From NCBI RefSeq assembly GCF_001194135.2, contig NC_068986.1, positions 21,286,891 to 21,350,890 on the forward strand: a stretch of 64,000 bases of DNA, in the 5' to 3' direction. The position numbers were made by a program, and so were the translations under genes. The notes under the pieces were generated by a model that was given only the letters and a program-made list of their open reading frames with translations, had not been told where the DNA came from and searched no databases. The stretch comes from Octopus bimaculoides (Eukaryota). Position 1 is the stretch's first letter; every line of letters begins with the position of its first letter. Below are positions 25,001 to 37,400 of the stretch, in pieces.

Positions 25001-28000
25001 AGGTGGCAACAGTGTTTCTATGGAGCTAAAAGTATCATGGGTTTTTCTTTTATTTACGTTTTTGTTATTTTTTCTATAGTTCTCGTCAAGGTTTAGAGTA
25101 GTGCACACAGCGTTTGCTGTTGAAAAATTTATCGAAATGATGATTATGGGAAGGTCTTTTATCACACCCTAATAAAGCTGCATCATGTGAAGGTTTAAGA
25201 AACTCAGAATATTTATCATTCAATTGCTAAAACACCAATTCAAAATAATCAAAATAAAGAGTTAGAGCTTTTTTCCTTCTTTTTACCATAATACTGGGAG
25301 TAATATTATTTATTTGGCCAACATTACAAAACTGAAGATTGGGAAAATGAAATGGAAGTACCATAGTCTACTGATTATTTTTCAAACTTGCTTTCAGAAA
25401 AACTCAATATCTACATCTAAACAAAACCACCACCAAAAGATACCATAAAATGTTACTATATGTCAGCTAGTAGACGAAATTTTTTTTAATAATTTCAAAA
25501 ACAATATGACCTATCATTTTTATTTTCCTGCTTAAATAAAAAAAAAAAAAAACAATTAAAATTATGCTTATATTCATTGACAGAATTTGTTAGCCTTTTT
25601 TTTTTTTTTTTTCCTATCTTTTGGCCATTTCATACAGATCTAGAATATAGATTCCAAAAGTTATGAACAAAGAGTTTTAATGAGTAAAATAATTATTTCT
25701 ACTTTAGGCACAAGTCTAATAGTTTTGAGGGAAGGAGCAAGTCAATTACATCAACCCCAGGACTTGACTGGTACTTATTTTATCAACCCCAGAAGAATGG
25801 AAGGCAAAGTCAACTTTGGTAGTATTTGAGCTCAGAACAAAAAGCCAGAAAAATGCTACAAGGCATTTTGTCCAACATGCTAACAGTTCGGCCAGCTCAC
25901 CACCTTCTGGGTAAAATAATGATATTAATCCTTTCTACTCTGGGCACAAGACCTGAAATTTGAGGACAAGCCAAATGCATTGACCCCAGGGCTTAACTGG
26001 TACTTGTTTCATCAGCCTCCAAAAGGATGAATGGCAAAGTTACCTCAGTGGAATTTGAACTCAGAACATAAGTAAAGACAGATAAAATACCACTGAGCAT
26101 TTTGCCCAGCATGTTAGCAATTCTGCCAGCTCATCACCTTCGGAGTAAAATAGCTGAGTAAAAAAAATAACAACACTTACTTGAGTTGGAATATCTGAAT
26201 GTTGAATAGTGTCTTGCAAATGAGACATCATCATCAGATCACGGGCCTCATACCATCTATCATGGATAGCATGGAAATATATATGGTACAAAATAGCTCT
26301 GGTTCTCAGACGGTCAGTGGAATCTTTCACATAGATGTACTTACATAATCTATCCATTGCTTGACCGCTGCCTTTGTAAGTATCAGTCTGTTATAAAAAT
26401 AAAAAAATAACAATACAATACATGACAATTCACTTCATTCTGCTGTCAAATGATATTATTTTAATAGAAGATTATTTACATGATAGGCTCAGTTACTTAT
26501 ACATTAACAGAATATTGTTCATAGCAGTCCCCATGTATGAAAGTTAAACAAATCACATGACAGTAATATTACCATGATTTACTGCAGAGGTTCTCAATGT
26601 TGAAGACACCGCTCCCAAGGAGGCACTGGGTGTGTCAGAGGGAGTGATAGGTAACATAATTAACATACTAAATTCTACCTATGGTAGTAATTATATTATA
26701 CATGATAAAACCAGTAATGGCTATTAAGATAAAATGAGATCTCATCAGGCACAGGGAAGTCATTAATTTACAATGTATAAAGCAAATTTACAAATTTTAT
26801 CTTTATTCATTTTATCATTTCACTGTTAAAAGCTTATCCAATCCATTTTTAGAGTAAAATTTATAAATTATCATCCATGTTAAGTTAGTTTAGTCATGAT
26901 GTCTCACTTGCCACTTAGGTAGGTGCTAAGTATAACAACTACTTTTAAGAACCACTGAGGTACTGTTTAAACAAATAATGGTACAATTCAACACTTCTTA
27001 TTCCAAACTGCTTCACATTAAAAAGTAATAAAAAGGAAAAGAAAAAAAACCTTACCTTGTAGTACATGTGCTCAATTCTACGAAGGTAACACCGGCAAAT
27101 TTCTTTGGTAGGAACTTCATTTTTCTCCAAATAAGATTGAAGTTTCTCGATAATATCACACACAGTGCGTTCATCCTTCAACCTAAAATTTCAATGAAAA
27201 ATTGCCTTAAAAATTCACTCTTATATAATACAAGAGTAAATAGGTGTTACCTTTCATTACCACATTTCTGTTGAAAAACATTGCCTTTGTTCATTCAGAT
27301 TTCGAAAATAATTAAGAATATCCCTTTTTACTCTAGGTACAAGGCCTGAAATTTTTGGAAAGGGGGTCAGTCAATTAGGCGACACCAGTACACAACTGGT
27401 ATTTAATTTATCGACCCCGAAAGGATGAAAGGCAAAATCGACCTTGAATTTGAACTCAGAATGTAAAGACAGATAAAATACTGCTAAGCATTTCGCCCAG
27501 CATGCTGTTTCTGCAAGCTCGACACCTATTAAGGCATCATAAAATAACACTCATAACTTAGCTGGTATATGGAACATATCCCTTTAGCATTTAAAATGGC
27601 CATACCCAGCTCAAATATTTTACCTGTTTTATGTTAAAACTGGCCAGATCTAGCCTCTCACACCTACCCTTCATGGTTTTTCATGTAAAGGATTCTTTCT
27701 TCCACATGGCTTTGAAGGAACAAAGTGAGCCGACAAGTCATTCACAAAAGTACCAACAACATTGAATAGTCTCACACACACACACACACACAAACACTAT
27801 ATCATTGTTTTAATGTACACTTTTTCATGCTTGCATGGGTCAGATAGAATTTGTCAAGGTAGATGTCCTATGACCGGTTGTCCTTCCTGTTGCCAACCCT
27901 CACCTAAATCCAAAGAAGTTAATATCTCTTCTTGGTTAGACATGTTTGTTGGAAACAGACATGTTTGTTGGAAACAAACATCACTTGAAGCTCATTTACA

Positions 28001-31000
28001 ACCATCATGTGATGTTGATACAAGGTGTACACACACACATGACAGGTTTCTTTTCAGTTTGTCTACCAAATCCATTCAAGCATGGAGCTGTAGCAGAAAA
28101 CACTTGCCCAAGGTGCCATGCAGTGGGATTGAACCCATGAAATACATTACTTAAGCATTCACTTAATCCCGTGATTTTATAGGATTTTTAACTCCTGCTG
28201 CAAGTTTTCTGCAACACAGTTAACATAATAAATAAAATGTTCCACATGTCTATAGAGCTCACCTTTCAATGTAATCTGTACTATGAGGATCACAGCCTTG
28301 AAGCATCTTCCTAAATTCTTCATCCATCCTTTCTACAGTTGTCAAGATACAACCACGAACACGGTAGGGTGAAGTCTGAAAAAAAGACAAAAAAAAATAG
28401 CATTGTTTCATCCTCTAACAATTCTATCTGCCAGAAAGTCTCAAAGAAAACTATTATTTACAGTTCGTTATTCTTTCTTTTAAGCATTTTTACGTGGTGT
28501 GCTAACGATTCTGCCAGCTCACTGTCTTTACAAGACCCATACATTAAAATGGTTAACCAAGATTAACAATAATACTAACCTCCATATTTTCACTGTCTTC
28601 TGGGATATTCTCGCTTACTAATATATCAGTATTTTCAATAAGATGATCTAATTGTTTAGTTACATATGACAAACAGCTAAAATAGAAATAAAATTAATTA
28701 GAAGATATTAATCATCATTATTATTATTATTATTATTATTCATAAATGTATCAAACAACAATATAGAAATTTTTTTTTTCAAGGTAACACTATTGAAACT
28801 ACAAAAAATCATTTTAATTACCAAGTTTTACATGTTGTGGTATGTGATACCTAGCAAATTCTTGATTTTAAAATATTTTTTTTATTTTTCAGGAAAACTT
28901 CTATTTTTATACTCAAAAACCTTTTACTAAAATTTAATCAGTTTAGTCTTCTGGAAATGAAACTTCATAAACTGGCAATAAAATATAGTCCAGGGTGCAT
29001 AGCCCAAGGTGCAACACAGTGGGAATGAACTCAAGACTACATGGTTTCGAAGTAAGCTTCTTAACCACAATGCTATGCCTGTGTCTAGAAGCATAAATGG
29101 TTAGCATTTCATTTCTATTTTGAGTGCTGCTAAAAGTATAATTGGAAAGCTACAAAACATTATAATAGAGCTGAGATCTATATAAAAATCTTCCAGAAAT
29201 ATAAAGATTCCTGGAAAACATAAAAATACCAAAGAGAACATTTTATAATAAAATTCCATAATTGAATAGGACTTGAAAAAAGGAAAAGAAGCTTACTTTT
29301 GCCACATTTCTGGCTTCATGTTAGTAGCTATATTGGGGTTGTAATCATATATAGCAGAAATAATTGCAAATATAATCTTAGATGCCATGGCTGGACCAAG
29401 ATTCTTGTTTTCGGATACAGTAAGCAATTCTTCGAGAATGCCTATCATTTCACTACGATCTGTGGCTTTCTTTCCACGAGCGGAAATAATTTCAGTTAAC
29501 TTCTTCATAACGGCCTCATGGTTGATCACAGTGTCTTTGCTGAACATCTTGGGTTTTTCCTACAGTTAAATAGAAGAGGGGACAAAAAAAATAAATTTTT
29601 GAATAAATTCAATATATAATGAAGTCATCAATAAACTTTAATACTTGAAATCTGAGCACTGTAATAAGGACTATGGGAAGTTATTTAAAACATTAAACAG
29701 ATTAAATAGATGAAGAAATAAAATAACTACAATGTAATGCAAAAAATATTGTTGTTGGCACTTCATCACTTATGTCGAGGGTTCCAGTTGATCCGATCAA
29801 CGGAACAGCCTGCTCTTGAAATTAACGTGCAAGTGGCTGAGCACTCCACAGACACGTGTACCCTTAACGTAGTTCTCGGGGATATTCAGCGTGACACAGT
29901 GTGACAAGGCTGACCCTTTGAATTACAGGCACAACAGAAACAGGAAGTAAGAGTGATAGAAAGTTGTGGTGAAAGAGTACAGCAGGGTTCGCCACCATCC
30001 CCTGCCAGAGCCTTGTGGAGCTTTAGGTGTTTTCGCTCAATAAACACTCACAACGCCCGGTCTGGGAATCGAAACCGCAATCCTATGACCGTGAGTCTGC
30101 TGCCCTAACCACTGGGCCACTGCGCCTCCACAATGCATAAAATACCACTGTGCATTTCACTATTCATAGGAGTAAAATTGAAGGACATAAAATATTCAGG
30201 TCTATCACTTTAAAAAGCACAAGTTAATAACTGCTGAGAAAAGTAGACAGGAAGGATTTTCCAGATGGTTGATGTTCTGAGGTGAAAGGAATTAACATAG
30301 TAATTAGAACTGGGGCTGAATGGAGATAAATAGGTCAGGTAGGCTTTGGTGGTGTGCAAGTAATTAGCTACAAGGGAGAGAAGGCCATTGTAGTGATAGT
30401 AGAAAAAGGAGAGTAAGAAGGCAGATTTGGGGCCAGGGATTGAATGAGTTGGTGACTACTTGCCGAACAATTATAGCTGCATGGCTTTCTTTTGGGTGGA
30501 AGTACAGATGGACAAGTTGATATAGAAATGGAGGGGCCAACTCCAACATCAGTTACTTTGTCACTGGCATCAAATTATGCCTGTTACTTGGTTAAGTAGA
30601 TAGATGACTGCCACAAAGTAGTACTGTAGTTGTTATACTGAAAATTGACGACTTTCACTAGCTTGTAATGCTAAGTCTAACCCCTCCAATAAGTAGCTTG
30701 GAGAACGATTAGCTCCTGTCAAATTGAGCTGCCTCCATACTCTATCCCAATGTTTCTCAACTACTCTTTGCCCATGGACCCCTAAGCAGCTGCTTGACAT
30801 ATTAGAAACAGTAGCTAAATCCCCTTCAAATTACACCCGCCTAGCTTAAAAAAAAAAAAGAATATACTGAAAATATCCAGAACACACCTGAAAAAGATGG
30901 GATGATCATGGCTGGAAGGCCTTTGATCATAAATCTGTTCAATGAAGGCCAATCAATAACACACAGAAAAATTCTTCTACAATGATGTTTCCATGGGACA

Positions 31001-31008
31001 ATTGAGTA

Positions 31009-31049
<41 letters not shown>

Positions 31050-31687
31050 CTTTGGCAATAATAACCGAGATTCTTTGTATTTTTCATCAAATTCTTAAAT
31101 TTTAATTCAATATTTTAAAATTAAATCCATGAAAATGTTGATGGTGTATAGTTAAAATATTTCCTTTCGGCAAACAAAAGTGAATATAGCAATCAGAGAA
31201 GAACAGTATTTACCATAACCAGTGGAATGCCACCTTTCACTTTCTCCCATTCACCTTCATCTTCATTTTCAGTCTTTTTGGCTGCTTTGTATTTCTTCTT
31301 TTTCTTCTTCTCTTCTTTTTTGCCTTCAGCACTTGGCCTATGAAAAACGCATATGTAACACTACTTAAACAAAGAAAATTATATTAAAGCCATTAACACT
31401 TTTAGCATCCAAATAACTCTGTTGAATCTAATGCTTATTGACTCACAGCTTTGAGATTTTGATATACCTCTATTCTTTTACATGTTTCAGTCATTTGACT
31501 GTGGCTATGCTGGAGCACCACTTTAAAGGGTTCTAGTCGAAGAAATCGACTCCAGGACTTATTCTTTGTAAGCCTAGTATTTATTTTGTTGGTCTCTTTT
31601 GCCAAACCACTAAGTTATGGGGACCTAAACACACCAGCATTGGTTGTCAAATGATGGTAGGAGGAACACACACACACATAAATACAT

Positions 31688-31747
<60 letters not shown>

Positions 31748-32921
31748 GATAGGTTTCTTTCAGTTTCCGTCTACCAAGTCCACTCACAAGGCTTTGATCA
31801 ACCCAAGGCTATAGTAGAAGATACTTGACCAAGGTACCATGCAATGGGACTGATCCAGAACCATGTGGTTGGGAAGCAAGCTTCCTACCACACAGCCACA
31901 CCTGTGCCAATAATTACTCATTTTTAGCATGACATTGTATGGTACGTGCGAGAGGTCGCATTTGGCTGGTTTGAACATAAAACAGGTAGAATATTTGGGC
32001 CAGATATGACCAGTTTAAATGCTAAAGAGTTAAATCTACAAATAAATTTTTTTACATAAATTATTGACATATATTAAAATCTTATTCTGTATGTTTCCAT
32101 GCCATACCTAGAGTGAATTTATCTGTCAATCCAACAAATCTTCAGCTACTTCACTAAACCGCTCCGTTCTCTTATATCAACAAATTGTAAAAGGTTTACA
32201 TCACTTACTCCAACAAAATTTACACTGCTCACAATATTCTTAACTCACCATACATCAAAACGAGTGATTCTGATTGAACTCATTGTGAAAGCAGAATGGA
32301 GGAAGCCCAGATCTAAAAGACTGAAAAATATGACAGTCTAACCATCAGATTGAGAAAATCTGGCTTCCAAACCATTGTCCTCACCATAGAGGTGGGTGCA
32401 AGAGGGGTTGGGGATTAATCTGCATATGATCATCTTAAGTGGCTCTCAATTCCTGAGAGAAAGAAAACCAGAACTCTTAAGGCAATAGCAGAAGCAGCAG
32501 AGACAAGTTCCAACTGGATCAGGCCAAGGAGGAATGGAAATGAATTTCAAAAGGCATAATTTACCCTACAGTCAATTGGTGTCTTAGATTGAACTGATCA
32601 CAACACCTAAAATACCTTGGCTCTGGGGTACCTTTACCATCCAGGAGGGTTGCAACATAGACAATAGCACAGAAGTGGCTGCAAAAGAGTATCCAGGAGC
32701 CATGGCCAGGATGTGACCCAGTCCCCTTAGAGCAGTGTTTCTCAACCCTCTTACCCTTAAAATGAATTACATGTCTCAAGGAACCCCTGCACAGAAAAAA
32801 TTACATGCCTTATCTTTCTCATATTTTTTCATTGTAGTTCACTTGGTAAATATCACATTATATATATATCATCATCATCATCATTTAACATCCGCTTTCC
32901 ATGCTAGCATGGGTTGGACGA

Positions 32922-32959
<38 letters not shown>

Positions 32960-34443
32960 AATATATATGGTTGATATATTTTTTTGATAACATAATAGGT
33001 TAGATAGGATGATGTCTATATTACAATATTACAATAACCAATATGTTGTGCATGTGTAGTAATATTACAATCATGAAATTAGCATTAGATTATCTCTCTT
33101 TCTCGCAGAACCCCTAGGAACCTTTTGTGGAACCCTAGGGTTCCAGGGAACCCCGGTTGAGAAACGCTGCCTTAGAGTGTAAGCAGTTGAGGGTCAAAAC
33201 ACTTGCCAGAGGCAGGTGTCTTTGGGTTTCTATGAAAACCTTTTGCTGTTCGGCTCTCATAAGTGTTCTTTACTGTTGAATATAAAAGGGGGTAACTTAG
33301 ACTGAAGTTTGGAATATTCTTTCGCAATGTTTAACTGATAACAGAAATTACAGGAAAAATTATACTGAAACTTCAGGGATTAATATCCAAGAATTTGGGT
33401 GCCAATTGTAAAACCAACAAGGAAGATAATAACTTTAAAATAAAATACTATCTTGATGTCAATTTAAATATAATTTAAAGATATGCAAAGCTAGGTTTTT
33501 TTCACATGTTATGCTAATCTCCAAGAAACTAATATCTTACTTTTAAATTAGAATATTTCATATTAAATTGAAAAAAAAAAAAGAAAAAAAAATCTATTTT
33601 TAGAAAGACTTACTTTTTCAAGAAGGAAGCAGCAATATGGTCATAGTCGTCATCATCTGATGAAGATTCATCTGAACCGTATTCGCTCCATTCATCATCA
33701 TCATCATCTGAAGAAGACTCTTGCTAAAAATAGAAGAATTAATTAAAAATTGAACTGTATATTATATGATAGCTAATTAATCAATTGGTATGCAAGGAAT
33801 ATCAAAGCACAAAACAAAAGCAAAAGTTTCACTTGTTGAACAAATTATTCAGCCATCAAGAGGAAGACCCTGAAACAGTGCACATTCTCTCCTGATGACC
33901 CCCGTAAACTTGCTAGTACCTGGTATGCAGAGCTTTCAACTGGTAACACTTGCATTTGCAAGTTGTTTGTTCAAAGTTGAAACATTACTCCAGGCACAGG
34001 CTTGGCTGTATGGTTAGGAAGCTCGCTATGCCACCATGTGGTTTTGGGGTTCAGTCTCACAACACTGCACCTTGAGCAAGTGTCTTCTACTATAGCTTCA
34101 AGTTGACCAATGTCTTGGTAATGAATTTGGTAGACAGAAACTGAGTGGTAGCGAGCTGGCAAGGTGGCGAACTGGCAGAAACGTTAGCACACCAGGCAAA
34201 ATGCTTAGCGGTTTTTCGTCTGTCGCTACGTTCTAAGTTCAAATTCCACCGAGGTCGACTTTGCCTTTCATCCTTTCGGGGTCGATAAATTAAGTACTGG
34301 TTACACACTGGGGTCGATGTAATTGACTTAATCCCTTTGTCGGTTCTTGTTTGTCCCCTCTATGTTTAGCTCTTTGTGGGTAGTAAAAGAAATTAGAAAC
34401 TGAGTGGTAGCCTGTTGTATACATGTATATTCATGTGTGTGTG

Positions 34444-34475
<32 letters not shown>

Positions 34476-37400
34476 CGTGTGTGTTTGTATTTGTCCCCCA
34501 CTATCACTTCACAACTGGTTTCAATTAGTTTGCAGCCCTGTAACTTAGTGGTTTGACAAAAGTGATCAAATGGAATAAGTACCGAACAAAGAATTAAGTA
34601 GAGGGATTGATCTATTTGCCTAAACCCTTCAAAGCATGGCTACAGTCCGGTGAACGAATCAAGTAAAAGACAAATGATAAAAGATAACAGTTCTATTACA
34701 CATTAGATTCAATGTGTGAACATGTTCAGAAAATAACTGGTAAAACATTTTAAAAGTCTCAACCATTTTTTATCTATGGACCCCTTTGATTACTATTTTA
34801 TTCTGGTGGACCCCCATAGTCATTCAATGCTTAAAAACTAGTGTTACAGAAACTTTTTCGAAATTCCTATTTTGTTTTTCACACATTAACGTGTGCTATG
34901 GAAATTGTTAGAGAAAGAAACCTGGTTGTTTCTTGCAATAAATACCAATACATAAAGCAAAAATTTTCCAGGAGCCCCTTAACCCCTGTTACCCACCCGG
35001 CTGAAACCGGCTCTGGCCCTGACTACAAATGTCATGTTTTCATAAGTTTTGAATTAAAATCTACCACCAAACCTTAGTCACAAAATACGTTCTTAGCACT
35101 AGCTTAATAATAACTAAGTTATTTTACTAAATTCTTTGTTATATATAAAGTAATCATCTCAAAATAAATACAGTAATGAAAGGGTTAAAAACACTATTGT
35201 GGAACCCAATTTGCTATTTTGCTATGTGGACCACAAAAATCTTATATGGACCCTCAGGGACCATATAGACCCTGGCTGAGAATCACTGCTCTAAACAATT
35301 TACTAAGAAGGCATAACTCTCACTTTTAACTGCTCGTGTTTTTCTCAACATGTATTTTGATCTGTCTCTTCTCTATGATGAAAAATGGTTTGGCTTCATT
35401 AATCTTGAAAACGTTTTAACTAGATTCAATTATTTTCATACTGATTTTCAGTAAGTGGCAGTATTTTTTTTTTCCTAAATAGCCAATTATATAATTATTC
35501 CTGAATTGGGTACGAAACCAGCAGTTTTGAGGGGAGGGAGTTAGTCAATTACATCAGCTCTAGTACTCGACAGGTACTTTATTTTAACAACCTCGGAGAG
35601 AAGAAAGGAAAAGTTGACATCAGCAGAATTTGACCTGGGAGCATAAAGAGCCGGATCAAATACCATTAGGCATTTTGTCCAGAGCTCTCACTTCAATGTC
35701 ATTTAACGTTTGTTCTCCATGCTAGCATGGGTTGGACAGTTTGACAGGAGCTGCCAAGCTGAAGAGCTGCACCAGGCTCCAATTATCTGTTTTGGCATGG
35801 CTCCTACAGCTGGATACCTTTCTTAATGCTGATCCTGATAATCCACTACCCATTATATAACACTTTATAACAATAGCCAAGTCCTTCTGTAAATTTTGTG
35901 GAAGGGTCATCCACTGAAGCATTTTAATTACACAACACAAATAATTGACCTACCTTGGGTTTAATAGCTTCGTGATCACTTTTCCGAGTAAAATCCAACA
36001 TCTTATCATCATCTCCAGACAAAGAATTATCTACAGAAACGAATTATTAATAAATATTATAGGCATTTTCACAAAATAATGTTAACTGAGTAATATTGAG
36101 ATCATTAGGTAATAATGAATGGCAGAGAAACAGTTGCAAAGTTTAAGTTTACAATAGTGTAACACATCCCATGCGGTCTAGTGGTTAGGATTCCTGGCTT
36201 TCACCCAGGCTGCCAGGGTTCAAGTCGATGCTTTACCAGCACAACTTTCATGAACAAAGACCTCAGAAACGTCCTGCAATGCTGACATTACACAAAGATT
36301 CAATCATCATTTATATACAAAAATTTTTTTTAAAAATAAGAGCAGTCTTGTACTATCCCCTCTTTATTCTTGTAGAACACAAAACCCTCAAATTCACAAC
36401 ACTTACTAGGCTTTGTGCTGTGATATTTTATACCAATTCATAGAAATTTGCCTCATGTACAAATATGTATCCAAAATATTATGCTTCCTATACAGAATCA
36501 GAAAATACTACAATACTGAACAACTGCAGACTCTCCATAATGCTTAACCCTTCTGTTACCATATTTCTGGAGAAATACACTGCTTTTGTTTCAATTAATT
36601 TTGAAAATAATGAAGAATTTAGTAAAGTATCTATTATCACAGAATTTTGATGGAAGGTTTTAATTTAGACCGTTTTGAAACAGGAAGTTTGTATCATAGA
36701 ACCAAGTGCAGCATCAGACAGGTTGGTGTCAAATGGGTTAAAACCCACATTTAGCATTTAAACCTGTCATATCTGACCTAAATATTCTTCCAGTTTTATG
36801 TTCAAATTGGCCAGATCCAGCCTCTTGCACCTACCCTACAATGTCATTCTAAAAATTAAAAATAATCACATCTTTGTAATTTAGAAGCTACAAGATAATG
36901 CATTAGACTGCATTCAAAAGTTTTCTTAACCCTTTAGCATTTAAACTGGCCATAACAGGCCAAAATGTTCTAGCTGTTTTATGTTCAAACTGACCATCTC
37001 TGGCCTCTCACACTTACCCTACAATATTATTCATAAAAAAAAATCACATCATTGAAATGCATGACTAATTCACATCAATGTGAATAAGGAAGCATTACAT
37101 ATGATAGAGTAATCTGAATGCTAAAGGCTTAAAGCAATGGTTATCAAGCCAAAAAAAGTTGTATCTCATACATATACAAATTAATTAAGAAAAAAAACTT
37201 ACCATCATCATCATCGTCATCATCTCCAACATCAGAACCTTCATCATATTCATCTCCTTCATCTGGATTCTGGAAAAGATAAAAGAATTTTTCTTTTAAA
37301 TGACAAAAAGAAAACTTTTTTCCCCCCAAACGTATGATGTACAATCAGAAGCCATGTCAAAATAACTAATTTTCTGAATGGCTGATTGAAAAAAAAAAAT

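Noticed and set aside
26632-26755. Possible C/D snoRNA (CTGATGA ... CTGA) in an eIF3c intron
   Set aside because: Box C is imperfect, the terminal stem is only 4 bp, I found no rRNA or snRNA complementarity, and it overlaps the candidate exon.
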